Shown: positions 57,206 through 64,000 of the stretch, piece by piece | Numbering within the stretch: position 1 is the stretch's first letter | Layout: every line of letters begins with the position of its first letter | NCBI GenBank assembly: GCA_002269645.1 | Contig: NIVC01002523.1 | Coordinates: 1 to 64,000 of the forward strand | DNA length: 64,000 nt | Reading direction: 5' to 3' | From: Macrostomum lignano | Taxonomy: Eukaryota | The notes under the pieces: generated by a model | Seen by the model: only the letters and a program-made list of their open reading frames with translations | What the model was told of the DNA's origin: nothing | Databases searched by the model: none | Program-made: the position numbers and the translations under genes

Positions 57206-58081
57206 ATGAATTCGAAGGTGAAACAGCAGCCGACAAAAATTATCGATACAATTAAAAGTATCAGTAGCAAAGACATCGCAAGCACGGCTGTCGCGATTGC
57301 CGCCATTAACGAAGAGGAGCAGGCCTCACTGTTTGAATGCTTGCAAAAAATCGATCGTGAATCGTTGAAAAAAGAGAAATCCGACGAGGCCAAGCGCTCC
57401 AGTAATGACAAGGAGCGCCGAGAAGCACGCTTCATAGCGCGTCTAAAAGAAAGTCTCAAAAAATTAAAAATGAGCAGATTGACATCAAGACGCGGTAAGT
57501 TTTTTTGCTTATTCTATTATTTGCAATCCTTGACTTGGTTAAAACGTGATTTAAATTACTTAAGGCTTTTATGATTTCTTGAAAGCGAAACATATTTTAC
57601 ATTATGATTCCATGTTATTGCTTTTTTTAGTTTCTACAACGCTAAAGCGTTATGCTTGGCCGATGTTCAAACGGATGTGGACGGAATGTTGACGCAGTTC
57701 GCCAGTTTAGAGTCCTTCATTGGGGACTTGGAGGTGCTCACCTGTCTGGCGAGAAAAAAGCAGGCGGAGATCCTCGCGTCTATTAAGACCCAAGGTCTCT
57801 CAACAGAAGGAGCCGCCAAGCGACTGGACATCGACCCCAAGTTCGCCGAACGATTGTACACCTTCCATGGGTTCATCACGAAGTACCCGAATTTAGTCTT
57901 CTCCGGGTACTCGTTCGAGTCGCTGCTCACATACAAAAGAGCGATCGAGAAAGAGGCGGAGCAGGACGACAACTTCTGCTGCAAGTTGGAGACCGATATT
58001 ACCATCGTGTTTCAAGGAGAGGACGAGGACGCCTTGCTGGAGGAGACTACGATGGAGTTGGAGACTGCATCAGTCGACTAA
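57206..58081 (+). CDS. Polinton accessory gene(s): coiled-coil ORF (57206-~57494) and acidic ORF with an HTH-like segment (~57631-58081), probably joined by an intron
   Basis: Coding-like codons; donor G|GTAAGT at 57494/5 and a poly-T acceptor at ~57630. The phases differ by one base, so the exact junction is unresolved. Confidence 0.55.
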
Positions 58082-58153
58082 GCCAAGGATGAATAAACTA
58101 AGCAAATTGTAACGTAAAAAATTTCATCCTGTTATTTTACCTTGAAAACTAGT

Positions 58154-58493
58154 TTACATTGATAAAATCCTGAAAAAAAATCCTGGAAAAAAATCCTGGA
58201 GATCCAGGAAAGTGTTTAGAAGACTACTATGAGTAGCTTACATTGATAAAATCCTGGAAAAAAATCCTGGAAAAAAATCCTGGAGATCCAGGAAAGTGTT
58301 TAGAAGACTACTATGAGTGGCTTACATTGATAAAATCCTGGAAAAAAATCCTGGAGATCCAGGAAAGTGTTAGAAGACTACTATGAGTAGCCCACATTGA
58401 TAAAATCCTGGAAAAAATCCTGGAAAAAAATCCTGGAGATCCAGGAAAGTGTTTAGAATTTTTTCGAAGCTAAGCCTACTCATAGTAGTTTTC
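58154..58493. repeat. ~84-bp tandem repeat (~3.8 copies) with internal palindrome TCCTGGAGATCCAGGA, followed by an inverted partial copy (58473-58493)
   Basis: Units start at 58154, 58238, 58322 and ~58392. AGCCTACTCATAGTAGTTTTC is the reverse complement of the unit's GAAGACTACTATGAGTAGCT, with mismatches. Confidence 0.9.
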
Positions 58494-58767
58494 AATGCAA
58501 TAATAACTGAATGAATTAACTAAGCAAATTATTATATGTAACTTTGAACAACTTTGTATTAATGTTTTTTTGCTTATAAACATAAAATAAAATATTTAAC
58601 CAAGCTCTTCACTTATTAAAATTTAATATTGATGAGTCTTTTTTTAAATCCTTCCCGACTCAAGCGTCTCTCTCTACCCCCATATCTTTCAAAAGTCTTC
58701 CCATTTGTTTGTTAGGAGCGCACAAAATAAACCCCGCTCCTGAGCCTCCGCCCTCTCTCCTCGTGCA

Positions 58768-59124
58768 CTAGCCCTCTCTCCCTGTGCACCCGCCCTCGCC
58801 TTCAACCCCCAACCCCAACTTTGTTTTACTAAAAATAACAGCTTTAACTAGCTTCCGAGCGATCGACTCACGAAATCCGCTTGAAGCCCCTATATTGTCT
58901 AGTCTCTTAAGCATTTCTTTGTCCCAGCGATTCTTCTCCTCAGGAAAATCTCTATATTTAACGTCGTGCCACATGCACACAGAGTCTAGCTCGTTCACAG
59001 GCTCATGCCCAGGATTTGGATTATCGTTTGTATCTAGCTGTATTTCAAGTGGATTCAAAGGCCCGCAATATTTGTACCCGGAAAGTGTCCAGCCTTTGTT
59101 TGGATGAGGAAGCTTTTCTATCAT
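58768..59124 (-). CDS. PLA2X: Parvovirus VP1u-like phospholipase A2 (PLA2X) of adintoviruses/Polintons, 118 aa
   Basis: Ca-binding loop GYKYCGPLN, PVNELDSVCMWHD with the catalytic HD, and C-terminal KTKLGLG. Confidence 0.88.
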   Translation of the reverse strand: MIEKLPHPNKGWTLSGYKYCGPLNPLEIQLDTNDNPNPGHEPVNELDSVCMWHDVKYRDFPEEKNRWDKEMLKRLDNIGASSGFRESIARKLVKAVIFSKTKLGLGVEGEGGCTGREG

Positions 59125-59204
59125 GGATTTTCTATCAGTCCATGTGAATCTAACTTACCACCAGAGTGTTGCATTATTTTATTTTAAATTTTATTTTTAA
59201 AAAA

Positions 59205-60242
59205 ATGACAGATCAGAAACTTAAAAAACTCTACTACAGCGACAAAGGATTCTTTGTAGGAAAAAATGCAGTCACCAAACTCGCAGAACTAAGCAAGGAA
59301 CCAAAAGATAGAGTAGAAAAGTGGCTCTCTAAGCAGGCTGTCTTTCAAGTCTATTTCCCACCAGTAAAATTTACAAGACCTCGCTTTAGCATCTATAAAC
59401 CTAATGAAGCGCACCAAGCAGATCTTTTGTTTCTCCCCAATGACTCGGGCTACAAGTATGCTCTCACAATTACAGACGTTGCCTCCAGATATAAGGAAGC
59501 TCGCCCACTCAAGACGAAGAAGTCAGAGGTTGTTGCCAGCGCACTGCAAGATATTTATAAAAACTCACCCCTTAGTTACCCTGAAATGTTCATGACCGAC
59601 CCGGGTAAGGAATTCATGGGTGCAGTGAAATCCCTTATGGAAAAGCACAATACAGAGATTCGCTATGGCAGAACAAACTTGCACAGAGACCAAGCGTACG
59701 TTGAGAGATTCAATCTAACTCTAGCCAAGAGGCTATTCACTAAGCAGACAGCTGAGGAGCTGAAACTAAAAAGTGGTCAGTACTATTCAAAATGGACAGA
59801 CCGGCTCCCCACTGTTATAGAGCAACTGAACAATGAAGTCACACGTATGACTGGATTGAAACCGTCCCATGCAATTAAACAAGACACTGTCGAACTTAAG
59901 TCATCTCATAAAACAGACAACAACACGACAACCCCACACAACACACACAACACAAAACACACCTCGAACTACCCTAAGCTTCCAGGAGTTGAATCACCAT
60001 ACATACTGACAAACTCTGAGTTTCTACGCTTTTTATATCTACCTGGAGAGCTAGAGAAAGACACCAAAAGAAGAGCTACAGATCCATACTTCAGCCTTGA
60101 TGTACATAAAATAGACAGACATTTTACCTCCGACTCCAGTGACTATTACTTTTTATCTCAGGCCTTTAACCCTAAATCCCCCACACGGTCATTCACTAGA
60201 GCTGAACTCCTAGTGATACCAGCTGACACGGAAATTAATTAA
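59205..60242 (+). CDS. int: Retroviral-like (rve, DDE) integrase of the Polinton
   Basis: AHQADL (D), MTDPGKEF (D) and QAYVERFN (E) in an intact frame. ATG at 59205 is in frame with the track ORF at 59166. Confidence 0.95.
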   Translation: MTDQKLKKLYYSDKGFFVGKNAVTKLAELSKEPKDRVEKWLSKQAVFQVYFPPVKFTRPRFSIYKPNEAHQADLLFLPNDSGYKYALTITDVASRYKEARPLKTKKSEVVASALQDIYKNSPLSYPEMFMTDPGKEFMGAVKSLMEKHNTEIRYGRTNLHRDQAYVERFNLTLAKRLFTKQTAEELKLKSGQYYSKWTDRLPTVIEQLNNEVTRMTGLKPSHAIKQDTVELKSSHKTDNNTTTPHNTHNTKHTSNYPKLPGVESPYILTNSEFLRFLYLPGELEKDTKRRATDPYFSLDVHKIDRHFTSDSSDYYFLSQAFNPKSPTRSFTRAELLVIPADTEIN

Positions 60243-60259
60243 AATATTAAAATAAAAAA

Positions 60260-60718
60260 ATGACAAAGATTGAAACCAGAACCATCAATAAACTCAATAA
60301 AATCATTGAATCAAAGAAACCAGGTCTTATTTCAATTAAAGGTGTCAAAGTAAAAATCGATCCCACGCAGCAAATAGTTGAGTGTAATGAGCAAAGCCAC
60401 AGTATCACAGATGAAAAGTCAGGAGGAATCCTACCATTAGCAGCTCTTATTCCGATCATTGCAGGCGCTGTAAGTGCCGCAGGTGGTGTAGCTGGAGGTG
60501 TAGCAACTGCTGTTAAAGCTGGGAATGATAGAGCCCACCAGCTAGAATTGCAAAAGATTGCAAGAGATAAAGGTATAACAATTAAGGCAGGAGATGGTTG
60601 CCCTGAGGGCTGCCCCGATCGTGATGATTTTGAGCATGAAAATTCTGTAAGCAAGTCTGACATTGTCAAAGCCATCATGACACTGCACAATGCTGGGTTT
60701 ACAATAATGCGCATGTGA
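60260..60718 (+). CDS. Adenovirus protein X (pX/mu-precursor)-like virion core protein, 152 aa
   Basis: GGILPLAALIPIIAGAVSAAGGVAGGVA resembles the adenoviral pX C-terminal GGILPLLIPLIAAAIGAVPGIA segment. Confidence 0.6.
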   Translation: MTKIETRTINKLNKIIESKKPGLISIKGVKVKIDPTQQIVECNEQSHSITDEKSGGILPLAALIPIIAGAVSAAGGVAGGVATAVKAGNDRAHQLELQKIARDKGITIKAGDGCPEGCPDRDDFEHENSVSKSDIVKAIMTLHNAGFTIMRM

Positions 60719-60839
60719 TGAGGTTTAAAACCCCACTTTATCCAGCTTCATAAACCTAATACTACTGATAGGATGTAGAAACAGTTCAACTTTTCTATCA
60801 GGGTGGTCACCCTCAAAAATTTTTTTTATTTTAGAGAAA

Positions 60840-63800
60840 AAACTGCCAAAAGCCAATCCAGCAAGAGATTTAGTCAACAAATATTTTTCAAAAGGCGTCT
60901 CATTTCAAGACAAAAGTAATTTACTAAGAGAAGCATGTAAACAAACGTTTAACACAGACCCTGGTCACCTGGGAAGCTATGAAAAACAGTTGGAAATCAT
61001 CAATCAATTAGAATCCAACCAGTATGCGCCTATAAAAAATTCTGCAAAGGAACACCAAGAGAGGAGTCGCAACTTAGTTAACAAATACGAAACTCTCACT
61101 GGTGAAAAAGCAAAGTACCCACAAAATAAGCAGGAACAAGAGAAATTAGAGCAATTAATCCATTTAAAAGAGTCGGAGCTTGCCATTGAAGAGATTAATT
61201 TTGCACAGAGGAAGTTTACAGAACATTACATAGAGTACACAATCCCAATTAAGGATACCACCGCAAACATCTACGACTATAAAGACAGCATCCAATCAGT
61301 TGTTGATCACACACTCAAAACACGCAAGACCTTTAAACTACAGATATCATTCAAGATTGCGTTTTATATGCCTGCAAAACCCACTGAGCATCTGAGTATT
61401 ACATGACAACAAAAAAGCCATTCACCCCTACTGACACACTGGATCCTTTCCTTCAAGATGTCACTAAGAAAATTGAAGCGTTTACATCCAGAGGTTCCGG
61501 ATGGGTCGTGGGAGGGATTCAAAGAGCGACTGTCATGGTCATGAAATATGACCCACTTAAAGCCTCCTCTTATATAGAGCTCCCGCATAAGCTAGCCGGC
61601 AAAAAAGCTTGCATAAATGTTAAAAATAAAGACAATTGCTGTGCTCTATGGGCAGTTCTTTCTGCACTTCTTCATGATAGTGTCCCTCACCACCCCGAAA
61701 GAACCTCAAATTATCAAAATTATTTCAACTACTATCTCATCGAATGCGAAAAAAAGGGAATCAGGTTTGAAAAAAGGAGGCTTGGCGATCTCTCAGATCC
61801 CAAAGCTAGAAGAAGTGTTTAATAACAAAATTAGAATCACAGTCTTTGAGTGGAGTGAAAAAACTGAGAACGTTCAACTGGTCAGATGTAGCAAAGACGT
61901 TTTAGATCCTGAGGGGAAAAGGCGGATTGAAGTAAGATCTTCTAGTGATTGGTAATTTACTAGAGGAGGCTCACTATGTTTGGATTAAAGATCTTTCAAG
62001 ACTCATTCACGAGCAGTTGAATAATCATCACGAGGCTGTTGCCATCTGCCGCTTGTGCCTTAAGCATTACAGTGGACCTGAACGCTTTGAAAAACTAGCA
62101 GAGCATGAATTATCATGCGAGGATCACCCAACAAACTGCTCTCTTCCTTCAGCTGAAGAGAAATATCTCCGGTTTAAGAACTATCACAAGATGGAGAAGC
62201 TCCCATTTGTTGTATATGCTGATTTCGAATGCTCAATCATGCCAGAAACTCAAAAACAAACTCAAACTCAAAACATGTCCCCAATTCAGTAGCATATGCC
62301 TTTATTAATACAAAAGGACTTGTTGAGTATAATTATTTCTTTGGAGAGCAGTGTGTGGAGCAGTTTATTGCCAGAATGTTAGAGTTGCAAAGAGTGATTA
62401 GCACCCTTCAACCTGTTCCAATAATGATGACTGAGGAGGATGAAAGTAATTTCCTATCAGCAACTCATTGCCACATCTGCAGGAAACATTTAACTTGCAC
62501 TAATATTAAAAACCCCACCGTTAGGGACCACTGCCACTTTACTGGGAAATTTAGAGGTGCAGCGCATAACACCTGTAATCTAAAGCTAAAATCGAACATT
62601 CATGATCTAACGATATTTTGTCACAACGCAAAGAACTATGACATGCATTTAATAGTTGAAAAAATCGGCATGATTCCAGACATACACCTTGACTGCATCG
62701 CAGAGAACAAGGAGAAGTTTAAGTGTGTTGATATTAAACAGGATAATTCGGGTACAGGTAAAATAAGACTGAAGGATTCATATCAATTTCTAGCTGCCAG
62801 TCTAGACGAACTAAGCAAGAATCTAAAAGATGAACAATGTACATATACAAAGATGTTTGCAAGTAAAATTAACAACAGTGATGAATCATTTAAACTCCTG
62901 AGAACCAAAGGCTTCTACCCCTATGAAAATATTACTGGGTATCACGTATTTGAAGAAGGTTTACCACCACAGGAGAAGTTCTTTTCAAAGCTAACAGACT
63001 CTGGAATCTCTGACAAAGACTATGAGCACGCGAAGCATGTCTATAATTACTTTAATTGTCAAAACTTCTTCCAGTATCACCTGCTTTACCTCTACACAGA
63101 TGTGTTTCTGCTGGCTGATGTGTTTGAAACCTTCAGATACACCTGGTACACAGCATATGGCCTCGATCCAGCACATTATGTGTCTCTGCCTGCCACTAGC
63201 TGGGAATCTTTGCTTAAAATGAAATGGGATCAAGATCCAGATTGGTACATTGAACTTCTTACAGACATTGACATGTACAATTTTGTCGAATCGTCAAAGC
63301 GAGGGGGATCTCAATTTGCACATAGGTATGCAAAAGCAAACAATCCCTACATTGAATCTTACAATAAGGAGCAGCCCTCAAACTACATTACTTACTTGGA
63401 CGCTAATAATCTCTACGGGTGGGCGATGAGTCAAGATCTTCCAGTTAGAGATTTTCGATGGCTACCCTCATCAGAATTCAAACGGACTTTTCATTGGCTG
63501 CCATTTATGAAGTTGATGTTTACATTCCACCAGAGCTTCACGACTATTTCTCTGACTTTCCACCCTTCCCAGAGAACATCAAGTGCCCGAAAATAATCGA
63601 AACTCCCAATGATAATAATGGAACTTGGCACCTGTCAGGAACAGAAAAAGAACATACAGAAAACTAACACAGAATCTAAACAACAAGACACGTTACAAAA
63701 TCCATTACAAACTGCTTCAGTATTTTATCTCACTTGGTTGCAGGGTCACCAAAGTTCACAGGGCTCTTACATTTACAGAGGAAGCGTGGATGAAACCCTA

Positions 63801-64000
63801 CATTGATAAGAACACCCAGTTTAGGACCAAAGCAACCAACGACTTTGACAAGAACCTCTTTAAGTTGGCCAACAACTCTGTCTATGGCAAGACTCTTGAG
63901 AATGAGCGGAAAAGAACAAACCTGAAACTTGTTACCTCATCAGAGCCTGCTGTTATTCAGGCAAATATGTCAAAGCCAACATTCAAAGAACTCCATATCT
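60840..64000 (+). CDS. polB: Protein-primed family B DNA polymerase with an endonuclease-VII-like insert; six 1-nt frameshifts; 3' end outside the window
   Basis: RGSGW...SYIELP...INVKNKD..C, HYVWIKDLSRL, ExoI YADFE, CHIC...VRDHCHFTGKFRGAAH..CNL, ExoII HNAKNYD, ExoIII YLYTD, PolA YLDANNLYGWAM and PolB FKLANNSVYGK. Frameshifts near 61390, 61772, 61935, 62272, 63483 and 63662; no in-frame nonsense codon after correction. The 5' start is uncertain (acceptor-like TTTTAG at ~60832). Confidence 0.93.

Larger units (their letters stand above)
56817..64000 (+). mobile_element. Polinton/Maverick (adintovirus-like endogenous virus), left part; runs off the window
   Basis: Protein-primed PolB, rve integrase, parvovirus-type PLA2 and a pX-like ORF occur together in an AT-rich, compact block. 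A candidate left terminus AGTAGT at 56817 matches known Polinton ends; the TIR and TSD cannot be confirmed without the right end. Confidence 0.93.

Overview
Animal genomic DNA, rich in introns and minisatellites. The style suggests a flatworm such as Macrostomum, but that is only an inference. Host genes rebuilt by hand from GT-AG sites and intron phases: (1) a divergent Cys-loop/nicotinic-type channel subunit (1629-4487, +); (2) a small putative secreted-peptide precursor (6197-6553, +); (3) a BAR-RhoGAP of the ARHGAP17/44 (RICH) family (33639-10693, -), whose introns hold an 8.6-kb 29-mer satellite and many minisatellites; (4) a single-exon secreted ependymin-related-like protein (41126-41851, +); (5) 3' exons of a GxSxG hydrolase-like gene (44467-43812, -); (6) a 7-exon, 1174-aa receptor (55811-48387, -) with a signal peptide, two tandem class-C GPCR Venus-flytrap domains, one TM helix and a short tail, but no 7TM domain. 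From about 56.8 kb to the window end lies the left part of a Polinton/Maverick (adintovirus-like) element encoding PLA2X, integrase, a pX-like protein and protein-primed PolB. A perfect heat-shock element followed by a TATA box sits in front of its first ORF. The window also holds a tRNA-derived SINE family, nested MITEs and more than 20 tandem-repeat arrays. Single-base frameshifts, mostly in homopolymers, suggest residual long-read errors. No database searches were run; family calls rest on motif recognition.
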